A stretch of DNA of 64,000 nt from Selaginella moellendorffii (taxonomy: Eukaryota > Plantae > Lycopodiophyta): NCBI RefSeq assembly GCF_000143415.4, contig NW_003314356.1:620001-684000 (forward strand). The letters run 5' to 3'. The notes under the pieces were generated by a model that was not told the DNA's origin, ran no database searches, and saw only the letters and a list, made by a program, of their open reading frames with translations. The position numbers and the translations under genes are program-made. Numbering within the stretch: position 1 is the stretch's first letter; the number at the start of each line of letters is the position of its first letter. Shown here one piece after another: positions 30,814-41,861 of this stretch.

Positions 30814-32946
30814 ATGCCCTCACGAGTCCTTGTCGCCGTCTCGGCGAAGATCATGGCGCTGCTCCAATTCCTCTTCCTCGCTCTCCTCTCGACCGCGCTC
30901 GCCGACGATCGAATGCCGCTGGGATCGCGCCTGCTCGCCACGGAATCCCTCATCTCGACAAATGGCACGGTCAAGCTCGAGTTTTTCTCGCTTACCAGTG
31001 GCAGCAGCAGTGATCTCTACTTGGGCATCTCCTTCAACACAAGAACCAGCGAATTCATCCCCATCTGGATCGCAAATCGCGATGCCCCGGTGAGTTCCAA
31101 CGCCTCGCTCCTCCTCACGAGCGAAGGCGAGCTCCAGATCATCGATAGGGGGAGTATCATATGGTCTGGCGCTCCCAGCTCCAGGAACTCGGGAACCACC
31201 CAAGCGGTACTCCTGGATTCGGGCAACTTCGTCCTCACTGACGACTCCTTCGATCCGAGTGACGATAACGCGACGTATCCCTGGCAGAGCTTCGATCACC
31301 CGGCGGATGCCTGGGTCCCAAGGATGAAGATGTTCCTGGGAGACAACCTCACGGCCTGGAAGTCGAGCGTCTCTCCGGCTAGTGGGCGATTCGTCATGAC
31401 CATGAGAACCTCTACCGAGTTCGTCATCTCCACCACGAATGATACGTCGCGGGAGTACTGGACGTCCGGTGCCTGGAACGGCAGGATCTTCTCGCTGGTA
31501 CCGCAGATGACCGACAACTATCTCTACACGTTCATCTTCAACGCCACCAATCCTCCATACTTCACTTGGTTCGAGAAGAGCTTCCAGCACTCCATCTTTC
31601 GCCTCGGGCACGATGGAAGGATCGAGGTGAAGCAGCTGGATGGAAACGGAAACTGGTACACCCCCTGGGTCGTCCCGGCTAACATCTGCGGCGTGACTTC
31701 TCTCTGCGGATCAAACTCGGTTTGCTCGACCAACTCGAATCCACCCTGTAGTTGTCCCACCGGATCGAGCCCGAGCAACGGCACCAACTGGAGAACCGAG
31801 GACTGGGCCGAAGGCTGCACCGCTCTCTCGAGCCAAGCACGGAGAAGTTCTTCCAAGAACTCGGGAGTTGCCATCGGAGTCGGAGCCGGAGCTGGTGTCG
31901 TGCTGCTGCTGCTGGCTGGAGTAGCGGCGTTTGTGATCGTCAGGAGAAGACGCAAGGCAAAGAGAGTGAGCTCCGGACGTGGCAGCAGTGATGGTTCCGG
32001 CTATAACTTTGTTAGTGGCGAGCTCGCTCATTTCACGTTCAAGCAGCTCCATGCGGCCACCGATGGCTTCAGGAAGCAGCTCGGCAGCGGAGGCTTTGGA
32101 GAAGTCTTCAAAGGCAGCATCCAAGGCGAGGCCGTGGCTGTCAAGAGGCTGATGAGGTTCGATGACAAGCAGTTTCGAGCGGAGGTGAGCACCATCGGCA
32201 CCATCCAGCACATGAACCTCGTCCGTCTTCGAGGATTCTGTGCGGATGGGGCGCTGCAGAGGCTCCTGGTGTATGAGTTCGTCGAGAGAGGATCACTGGA
32301 CAGGAGCCTCTTCAACCGAGATGCTGAAAACTCTATCGTGCTCAGCTGGAGCCAAAGGTTCGGAATTGCTCTCGGGACTGCCAAAGGACTTGCATATCTT
32401 CACGAGGAGTGTCGAGACCGGATCATCCACTGCGATATCAAGCCGGAGAACATTCTCCTGGACGCTGAGATGAAACCGAAAGTCGGCGACTTTGGCCTGG
32501 CCAAGCTTATGGGACGAGAGTTCAGCCGAGTTGTGACGAGCATGAGAGGAACCCGCGGCTACCTTGCACCAGAGTGGCTGTCAAACATGCCCATCACCCC
32601 CAAAGCCGACGTCTACAGCTACGGGATGACGCTGCTGGAGATCATCAGTGGTCGCAGGAACGTGAACGTCCAGAGCAAACAACCTTTCTATCCATTCTGG
32701 GCTTCTCAGCAAGTTCGCAACGGTGAGTTCGCGAAGTTGCCAGATGATCGTCTTGAAGAGTGGGATGAAGACGAGCTACGCCGGGCTGCCAAGACTGCTA
32801 TCTGGTGCGTGCAGGACGACGAGATCAACCGGCCCAGCATGAAAACCGTGGTGCAAATGCTCGAAGGAAGTGCTACTGACTTCCCAGACCCAGTGATCCC
32901 GAGTTCGTTTGAGATCTGGCTTGAGATTGAAGAAGAAAGTGGTTGA
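30814..32946 (+). CDS. G-type lectin S-domain receptor-like kinase (tandem copy 2)
   Basis: Intact 710-aa ORF with all kinase motifs. Confidence 0.95.
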   Translation: MPSRVLVAVSAKIMALLQFLFLALLSTALADDRMPLGSRLLATESLISTNGTVKLEFFSLTSGSSSDLYLGISFNTRTSEFIPIWIANRDAPVSSNASLLLTSEGELQIIDRGSIIWSGAPSSRNSGTTQAVLLDSGNFVLTDDSFDPSDDNATYPWQSFDHPADAWVPRMKMFLGDNLTAWKSSVSPASGRFVMTMRTSTEFVISTTNDTSREYWTSGAWNGRIFSLVPQMTDNYLYTFIFNATNPPYFTWFEKSFQHSIFRLGHDGRIEVKQLDGNGNWYTPWVVPANICGVTSLCGSNSVCSTNSNPPCSCPTGSSPSNGTNWRTEDWAEGCTALSSQARRSSSKNSGVAIGVGAGAGVVLLLLAGVAAFVIVRRRRKAKRVSSGRGSSDGSGYNFVSGELAHFTFKQLHAATDGFRKQLGSGGFGEVFKGSIQGEAVAVKRLMRFDDKQFRAEVSTIGTIQHMNLVRLRGFCADGALQRLLVYEFVERGSLDRSLFNRDAENSIVLSWSQRFGIALGTAKGLAYLHEECRDRIIHCDIKPENILLDAEMKPKVGDFGLAKLMGREFSRVVTSMRGTRGYLAPEWLSNMPITPKADVYSYGMTLLEIISGRRNVNVQSKQPFYPFWASQQVRNGEFAKLPDDRLEEWDEDELRRAAKTAIWCVQDDEINRPSMKTVVQMLEGSATDFPDPVIPSSFEIWLEIEEESG

Positions 32947-33089
32947 CATGAGTACCAAAGAATGGAGAACACTCACAGCGCATTCTTTCGGGACACACCT
33001 GCCTGTTTTTGTTCGAAAATGTGAGTTGTCTACTTACTTATCGTGCTTGGTACTCGCCAGCTAAATTTTATTTGAACTCGGCAGCCTGC

Positions 33090-33894
33090 CTAATAAGGTC
33101 CGGGAAAGACACCCATCTCCCTCTGCTCGTTCCATCTCTCAATCTGTAGATAGTAGCACCAGTTACGCATCTGTATCTATCACGAACAGATTTAAAAGAA
33201 AGGACTTACCCATTCGGAGGGGCACAGAGAGCGATAGTATCTGGCATATTTGTCACACTCCGGAGCGTCAGGTCCTCTTTCTTTGCGGCACCTATTTGCA
33301 AAAACTGTAAAGACTGAAGAAGCGAAAGAAACTTACTTGTGATATTCAATGTAGCGAGTGTAGCAGTGCTTGGTTTGGTTGGTCGATGGAAACCGGATAT
33401 CAAATGGAGCAGTCTTTGTATTCAAGACGTCCTCGACCTGGAACGAAAGAACCAAGCATTGAACAAGAAGAAAAAACTAGGAAGTTTTGTGATCTTACCG
33501 TGAGTTTGGGCTTTGGTTGCTCTTCTTCTTCTTCTTCTTTCTCCTCCTCCGGCTCTTCCTGGACTAAATTCTCTCCATTGTCTCCAGCGTCTTCGCCAGC
33601 AGCAGCTCCTTCTTGCGATGCATGCTCCTTTTCTTCTTCTTGGAGCTCGGAATAAGAAGAATCCGGATTGGATGCATGAGCAGTGGAATCAGAAGGAGAG
33701 TCAGAGGACTCCTCGGCCGGAACTGGCAGTTCCTAGGGAAGAGCAAGAATCTCGAAATTTCTCAAAGCTGGAGAAAGATTTCTTACCGCTTCCTGTCTGG
33801 TCGGCGCAGCAGTCTCTACCACTGGAAGCTCCGCCGCTTTCACCCCCGCCTCCTCGCTCGCGGCATGGACGAGGTTGCTGTGACTCGCGCCCAT
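33090..33894 (-). CDS. COX6B: Cytochrome c oxidase subunit 6b, long acidic N-terminal form, 5 exons
   Basis: Spliced: KTAPFDIRFPSTNQTKHCYTRYIEYHK/CRKERGPDAPECDKYARYYRSLCPSEW/IERWNEQREMGVFPGPY*; not recovered by the ORF track. Confidence 0.92.
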
Positions 33895-34065
33895 CGCCAA
33901 GCTTCTAGAGAGCTTTCCTTGCCCTAAATGTAAAATGGTGCCACGTAAACGCGATAGCCGACGGTAAGGATTAGCCCTGGGATTTTAGGTTAGAACACCA
34001 GCAGAAATATTTTGCTGGAGGAGGAGGTGCGTCTGCGAGGCGCGAGGTGAGTGATTTCTTCCGGG

Positions 34066-37000
34066 ATGTCGGCTCCATCGGCGCCATCGCACAGCATCTT
34101 CGACGCCGCGACGCAATCGCACAGCGATGCCTACACATTCCTGGAATTCAACACGCAGGGGGACGAATTCGACTATCCAGAGTTTACCGAGCTGAGCCAG
34201 CCCGTTCGTCCGGCGTCGGTGTGGCCAGAGGCGGCGTCCTTCAGCGTCAGTGTCACGCCGCCGGATGCTGGCGACGATGCCGCGGCCGCGACTGGAGCAG
34301 CGGCGGCGGCGGCGGCAGCAGCGAGCACTGGGGCCAGTGATCCTGCGACAGAGGCCAAGAGCAATCAGGCAGCTTTGAATGCGCTATCGGCAAGTATCAG
34401 TGATCTTAACTTTGAAGACACTGGGGAAGATGATAGCCAGGATTATTCCAAGAGGGCGCTTCCAGAGCACGCTTGCAAGTACTGTGGAATACACAACCCG
34501 GCTTGTGTCGCGCGATGCAACGTTCCTACTTGCCGCAAGTGGTTTTGTAATTCCCGCGGCAACACTTCCGGCTCACACATTGTGAATCACCTCGTACGTT
34601 TATTTGCTTTGGTTTCTTCGAAGCTAATACGTGGTTCTTCCTTTCGCAGGTTCGAGCTAAGCACAAGGAGGTTTGCCTTCACAAAGATAGCCCGCTCGGA
34701 GAAACTATTCTCGAATGCTACAACTGTGGCTGCCGCAATGTGTTTTTGCTGGGTTATATCTCTGCCAAGTCCGAGAGTGTTGTAGTGCTCTTGTGCCGTG
34801 AGCCTTGCTTAAGTGTCAGCGGCTTGAAAGACATGAACTTTGATCTAAGTCAGTGGCAGCCGCTTATAGATGATCGCTGTTTTCTTCACTGGCTTGTAAA
34901 GGTACATCCGTTTCTTATGTCTGGATAGTTCTCTTACTCTTCGAACTTCTACAGGTTCCTTCCGAGCAGGAACAGCTACGGGCACGACAAATCAGCGCGC
35001 AACAAATAAATAAGGTGGAAGAGCTTTGGAAGACAAACCCGGATGCGACATTAGAAGACCTTGAAAAACCTGGAGTTGATGATGAACCACAACCCGTCGC
35101 GCTAAAATACGAAGATGCCTATCAGGTGATAAGTTTCTTGCTTCAGATAGTTTCTTTTACTTACCTTTATTGTTTTTTCTTAATAGTATCAAAATGTTTT
35201 TGGGCCGCTAGTGAAGCTTGAAGCCGATTACGATAAGGTTGGATTTTTCATTGGCTTCTTTGATCTAACTGGTGCCTGGATCGTAGATGATGAAAGAATC
35301 TCAAAGTAAGGACAACATTACCGTTCGTTGGGACGTTGGGCTGAACAAAAAGCGCATTGCGTACTTTGTGTTTCCAAAGGTATGTCTGACAGATGGTTGC
35401 ACAGGTTTTTAAGTCTTTTGGTTACAGGAAGACAATGAACTGAGGCTTGTACCCGGCGACGAACTGCGTCTGCGGTATTCTGGTGACAGTTCTCATCCTG
35501 CTTGGCAGTCGGTTGGGCATGTGGTACAGTACCGCCGTATTCATATCATATATGACGTGCATAGGAGGATCTAACTAAGATACTTCATTCAGATTAAACT
35601 GACCGCGCAAGAGGAGGTTGCTTTAGAGCTTCGAGCGAGCCAGGTATTGGTTGCTTTGGCTAAGATAACGTGTCATTTACTTTTTTCTTTCTTGCAGGGG
35701 GTTCCAACTGATGTGCTTCATAATTTTAGCGTGGACTTTGTTTGGAAAAGCACCAGTTTCGACAGGATGCAAGCTGCTATGAAAACCTTTGCCGTCGATG
35801 AGACCAGTGTCAGCGGGTAAGTACCCGTTTAATTTTAGAGTATAAAGTATAACTTGGTTTCAATACCAGATACATCTATCACCGACTTTTGGGTCACGAG
35901 GTGGAGTCTCAAACTGTGCGAAATACATTGCCGAGGAGGTTTGCTGCTCCAGGTCTGCCCGACCTGAATGCTTCGCAGGTTTTTAGCTTCTAAAAATAAT
36001 TGTTGATCTTCTAACTTGTGTGCATTTATAGGTTTATGCTGTTAAACACGTATTGCAAAAGCCTGTTAGCCTCATTCAAGGTCCACCTGGAACTGGTAAA
36101 ACGGTGACTTCCGCGGCAATTGTTTACCACTTGGCGAAACAAGGGCAAGGACAGGTATTACCAGTCACATACATTGGATTGTAACAATAATTTAAAATTC
36201 TTTGCAGGTCCTAGTATGTGCTCCAAGTAACGTTGCGGTTGATCAACTCGCGGAGAAGATCAGTGCGACTGGCTTGAAGGTGGGTTACATGCTTGTTGCA
36301 CGTCAACGTTGACTTAACAGTCTCTGGACAGGTTGTGCGGCTATGTGCGAAGTCCAGAGAAGCTGTCAGTTCGCCTGTCGAACATCTTACTTTACATTAT
36401 CAGGTTTGTGCATTTGGAGATCATTTCAAAAATCTAATAAAGCCTTTTTCAGGTTAGGCACTTGGATACATCTGATAAAAGTGAACTACACAAGCTGCAA
36501 ATGCTGAAAGATGAACAAGGTGAGCAAAGATGCACAACCAAATGTTTTTCTGAATATATTTATATACAGGCGAGCTTTCAAGTGCCGATGAAAAGAAATA
36601 CAAAGCTTTGAAAAGGGCAACAGAGCGTGAAATTGCCCAAAGTGCTGATATTATATGCTGTACTTGTGTTGGTGCTGGAGATCCTCGCCTCGCAAACTTC
36701 AGATTTCGACAGGTATTTTGAATAAAAAAATTGTTTTTTCCTGATAATTTTGTTGCTAGGTTCTCATCGATGAGTCGACTCAAGCAACTGAACCGGAATG
36801 CCTTATTCCTCTGGTTCTGGGTGCTAAGCAGGTCAGTATGACTTATTGGATTGAGTTTTTTCAAAACCTCGAGTCTCTGTAGGTTGTTCTTGTCGGCGAT
36901 CACTGTCAACTAGGACCTGTGATTATGTGCAAAAAAGCAGCGCGTGCTGGTCTGGCACAATCACTGTTTGAAAGGCTTGTACTTTTGGGAGTAAAACCCA

Positions 37001-39262
37001 TTCGTCTTCAGGTATGTAACTTTAAAGCTGTTTATCTACGGTCTGAAGGACATTGTGTTACAGGTGCAATATCGAATGCACCCTTGCTTGTCCGAGTTTC
37101 CCTCCAATAGCTTTTACGAAGGAACACTGCAAAACGGCATTTCAATGAACGAGAGGCTTTCATCTGGTACTGACTTCCCATGGCCTGTTCCTACACGCCC
37201 AATGTTCTTCTACGTTCAGGTGGGTCTTAATTCAAGTTTGTTATTGTGAAGTAGGACCTTCGAGTTCTTCAGATGGGCCAAGAGGAAATCAGTGCAAGCG
37301 GGACATCCTACCTGAATAGGACAGAGGCTGCCAATGTCGAAAAAATCGTGAGCACGTTCCTGAAGAGTGGTGTTGTACCTAGTCAGGTAAATACCAAAGT
37401 TCAATGGCCATTCCTTGAAGTAAACGTTTATATTCGCTGTAGATTGGTGTTATCACTCCATACGAAGGTCAGCGAGCCTACATTGTTAGCCATATGGCTA
37501 GAAATGGAAACCTTCGACAGCAGTTGTACAAAGAGATCGAGGTGTGTTTCTTAGTAGGTGTGCGGTGTTGTCTGAAGTGAAAATGCAGGTCGCCAGTGTC
37601 GACTCCTTTCAGGGACGTGAAAAGGACTACATCATATTATCCTGTGTTAGAAGCAACGAACATCAGGTGCACGTCTTTTATAACTCAATGAAATCTTATC
37701 GATCTTTACAGGGCATTGGTTTTCTGAACGATCCCCGAAGATTGAACGTGGCGCTTACTCGAGCTCGGTTTGGAATTGTTATCCTAGGCAATCCCAAGGT
37801 TCTGAGTAAGCAAGCTCTTTGGAATGGTCTCTTATCACATTACAAGGTATCTAAAGCTGGAAATTCATACATTTGCACATGATAAAACGCTTTTAACTTT
37901 CAGGAGCACGAATGCTTGGTCGAGGGACCTCTGAATAATTTGAAGCAAAGCATGGTGCAGTTTCAGAAGCCTAAAAAGGTATACGTAGTTTGGAGCATTT
38001 ATTCCATTTTAACACTTTTCGTGTAGATCTTCCACGATCGACGAGTTTATGGTCCTGTTGGAGTTGGAGTTGTTCCTGCCGCTGCAGGGCCATACGATAA
38101 ACGCAGTGGTCGTGGCAAAGTTGTGGAAGGTCGTGGAGGTACTCGTGTATTTTTATGTGAGATTGAGAATTATTCACCGATTATCCTTGTAGGTGGCTAC
38201 ATGCCATTTGGTGCTATTCCTCACAAAGGAGGCATTCCTCATCCTGGCTTCCCGCAACCGCGGATGCCGCTTCCTCCTTTTCCCGGCGGTCCGCATACGC
38301 AGCCTTACGCCATTCCACCGCGCGGTACTCTTCACGGACCAATCGGTGGAGTTCCAGGGAATAGAGGCTATGGTGGTCGTGGCAACGCCGGGGGACCTAT
38401 AGGTGGCCACCTATCCCATCATCAACCATCCCAAGGGTTGGGAGGAATTGGTGGCTTTAACTTTGGACTGGACAATCCATCTAGCCAGCCTTCCATGGGT
38501 GGGCCGCTTACTCAGCAGGGACTAATGACTCAGGTAATGTATTTTCTTTTGTCTCGGGGCTGTTAACAATTTTTGGATGCCATCACAGGGCTTGAGCCAG
38601 AATTTGAGGGAAGGATATTCATTGGGAGGGATGTCACAGGTGCGTTTTTGTGATTCGATATTATTTAGTCATTCGTTAAACCTCTTTCTTCAGGATTTTC
38701 TGGCCGAGGATTTCAAATCTCAGGGCTCTCATGTGGGATACAATGGACCAGAATTTTCAACACAGGTAGACATTGCTTGCGATCTTTCTTCTATTTTATT
38801 TTATCATTGTCTTTCTTCCAGGCCGGTATGTATGGGGTTGATTTCGTCACCCAGGGAACCCAAGGCACGTACCCTGGCGATTACATGAATCAGAATTCGC
38901 AAGGTTATGGTTCAAACAACGAGTTTGTACCTCAGGTTCGTTCGTTCGTTCGTTTGAGTTTTTCTTTTGGTTGACTGATTTTCCGTGCTACATACAAACA
39001 ACAGGACTTCCTGTCTCATGGATCACAGAACTTGTTCACCCAAGTTGGCTTCGGCGAACGCACTCAAGATGATCCATCCGCTCAAGCTCACTACGGTCTG
39101 GGTGCCCACCAGGTAATACGAGCTGATTAATCGAGCAAGGAAGCTAAGCTTGTATTTTTCCAGGGTCTCATGGGGCCAATGTACTCGCAGCCCTTCACGC
39201 AGTACACGCAGCCGTTGAATCAGCAGCAGCCGGCCCAGCACCGCATGCATTACAATGGTTAG
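34066..39262 (+). CDS. UPF1: Regulator of nonsense transcripts 1 RNA helicase, many short introns
   Basis: [97 protein letters not shown]-rich tail. Confidence 0.97.
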
Positions 39263-40042
39263 AGAAAAGCCGGGAAGGGACTCGACGTACGCTCGTTCTC
39301 TTCTGAACAACGGACACGGTCCGAGCAGCATCCGAAGAATTCCGGGATGTACAAACGGCGAGGCACAAGCGACGAGACAACGACGACGATGGCGACGATG
39401 GCTTACCTTCTTCTCTGAAGGAAACAGAAGGGAGGAAAAAATCCGCCGGCATCAAGTCTTCTTTGTTTTTGCAAGCGCGGTGCAAGTTCTAGTGGCACTT
39501 CCCTTCAACCAGTGCGACGTCTAACTTGCTTAAGGTGCTCGATCCGATCAATCTCCTCCATGGTATGGACTAAGTTTGTCAAAGTTACAGCATTTAGGAC
39601 TTGGTTTTAAGTGATATGTCCAATTTGCTGATCTTTTGCTTTCTGTTTTTCGACAAAATAAATACCCGATTTTTTATCAATGGGTCAAGCCAGCTCAGAT
39701 GGTCAAGGCGGCGCTGTCAGGCGGTCGGCCGGCATGCCAGATCGGTGTATATAAATGCGAGACTGGCGGCGCTAGGGTTTTCTCGGGGGCCTCTGGCGGT
39801 TGAGCTCGGGAGGATTGCTTGTGTGTGTGCGCTCTTCTTACTTCTAACGAGTTTCTTTGGCTGTGGCGTAGAAGATGGAGCTGGATCTGGATGGCACCCA
39901 TGCTGAGTGATTAGATCTTCTTGCTTGGTTGTTTTCATGTGCTTCTGGCTGTGTGTGGAGCTTGGTAGACTTTTTTGCTTGTCTGCTTTCTTTCTCCTCC
40001 TTGCCGCGAAGAAAAGAAGAAAAAGGCGAAGAGCTCGACTAG

Positions 40043-40239
40043 ATTTCCCACGCCTCCAGCAGCCCACCGGACAAAGTCCGGCCCGACCTGGGGACATCCT
40101 GGCTCGGGCGTTTTCCTTTGGAGGCGGCGCCTCCAAATGGGACTCGTGGGTAATTTGCAAGAGGAGGCTGCCGCGCTGGTGGGGGTACTCGGCGAGCGCC
40201 TCCACCAGGCTACTGTGGCGGCCTCCACAAGTCTTGCAA
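40043..40239 (+). ncRNA. Candidate highly structured non-coding RNA (multibranch domain plus long hairpin), family unknown
   Basis: Several adjacent stems, with many G-U pairs that form only on the + strand; TATATAAA at 39748 upstream; no convincing ORF. Confidence 0.45.
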
Positions 40240-41861
40240 AACCAAAGAAGCACTCCTCTTTTTTCCAGTTTCTCCGCTCGAACAACCGAAGTGGCGACTA
40301 CATTATTAACAGTTCAAAATTCCTTTGGTGCCAGGACGTTTCTCTAAACGAACATCCGCACTTGGTTCGAATTCTTCTTTGATCTCTTCAGGAGGACCAA
40401 AATTCAGCTCTTCCACTGCACCAGCAGTCAGAGCCGCTGGCTCAACTGCCCTACCTCTCGGCATCATATTGATTTGGGAATAGCCTTCAGCATCAGCACC
40501 ACTTTGATGTCGTACACCTTCACTGATGTTGCTTCTTGATTTGATGTTGCTTCTTGATGGCTGATCGACACCAGTCACCACCTGATCATATGTGAATGGA
40601 ATATGCATTCATTTGCTACGTGCACCTGCAAAATGGTCAGTATATTTACCTCAGGATAAAATTATTCTGTAGCCTACCACTTTGTGCGGGGAAATGTCGA
40701 CTTGATACTCGGACCTAAACTCGAGTGCCTCCTCAACAACGCTTTCTCCCCAATTGGATTACATTTTCTAGGGAACACCCTCTTCTCGTCCTTTACTTGA
40801 TCTAGTGGTTCATGAACTCCACAGACAGACAAGAGCTCCCAAAGTAACCTTGAATATGGCGAACAAAAGAAACGCTAGAGCAACCTGTGAAAGGTGGTGA
40901 GACGAGAATGTAAAACTGGGTTTGATTCATTTTACATGGTCCAGCATGCTGCGTATGCCATGCAATTATACTGTCAAATTTTATTTTATAGAAAGTCCAT
41001 GCAAGAATTCGGTTGACTGCGGAATGAAGCTAAAAGCCGCCGGTTTAAAATGGGCGTAAGCCCGGATCGCCCCTGCTCGTCGCGCCCTCGATCCTGTTCC
41101 TCATCAATTTTAGGGTGAAAGTTAATCATTACATGTTCTTGCATCTACCACGTTAAATGTGCGACTCGATTCTTAAGCTTGAAGACGTGATCTTGTGCGT
41201 GCTCTTCAAAATGCAAAAGCATCGCAAATATTCGGCCTTAGTTAAAATTTAACATTGGAGCCACAATTTTATTCCTTGTGCTCTTTTGGATTACATTTTC
41301 TAGGGAATCTTCTCATCCTTGTCTTGCTTGTCTTTCTTCTTCCTTGTCTTCCTTTTGTTTCTCCTCATCTTTTGAATCTAGATGATCATCCTTACACTTG
41401 AAGTTGATGTTAATGTTGTTGCCATTGTCATTCCATGCCTTGGTGAAAATCATCACCATCTTCTTCGTAAGAAGGCAAAAGAGAATCGGAAGTCTAGTGC
41501 TGCTGATTATTCATGAACTCCATGGACGGACAAGAGCTCCCTCCTTGAAGAAGACGAAGTATGATGTATAAGTATGATACAAAAGTAATGATGTAAGATA
41601 CATGTATACAAAATGAGTATACGTATGATGTACAAAGTAAAATAAAAAGCTGATAAAAAAAGTTTGAATATTAGCCTTCAAATAAGAAACAAAACCATGG
41701 CAACTCAACCGACAGCCTCCTCTTGCAAATTACCCACGAGTGGAGGATGGCCCCAAGTTGGGAGCTCTTCTTTTTTCTCTGTCGTCGTCTTGGAATTTAG
41801 GGCAAACATGGCAGCATCGTGTTAAAAGCAATGGTGTTCCATAGGGTTAGGGCTCGAGGCA

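Larger units (their letters stand above)
28052..33240 (+). repeat. Tandem duplication of about 2.6 kb (units about 28052-30600 and 30631-33240)
   Basis: gatcatcgccaaagg..attgagaagatcaagcattggag opens both units and cacagagagcgatagtatct closes both; the flanking non-coding DNA is also duplicated. Confidence 0.92.

Noticed and set aside
39727-39736. GGCCGGCATG resembles the start of the HDV ribozyme
   Set aside because: Only a 10-nt match, and no nested double pseudoknot follows.
40060-40150. RNase P/MRP RNA, suggested by GGACAAAGTCCGG and GGGACT as P4-like halves
   Set aside because: The halves are only about 65 nt apart, the CR-V consensus is poor, and there is no USE+TATA Pol III promoter at the right spacing.
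39770-40240. Telomerase RNA
   Set aside because: There is no CUAAACCCU-type template on the strand favoured by the G-U pairs; the TAGGGTTT is an ordinary telobox.
40306-40940. Minus-strand ORF and exon-like fragments
   Set aside because: Possibly a decayed gene, but no family is recognisable and no consistent model emerged; short direct repeats with 41286-41540 suggest rearranged DNA.
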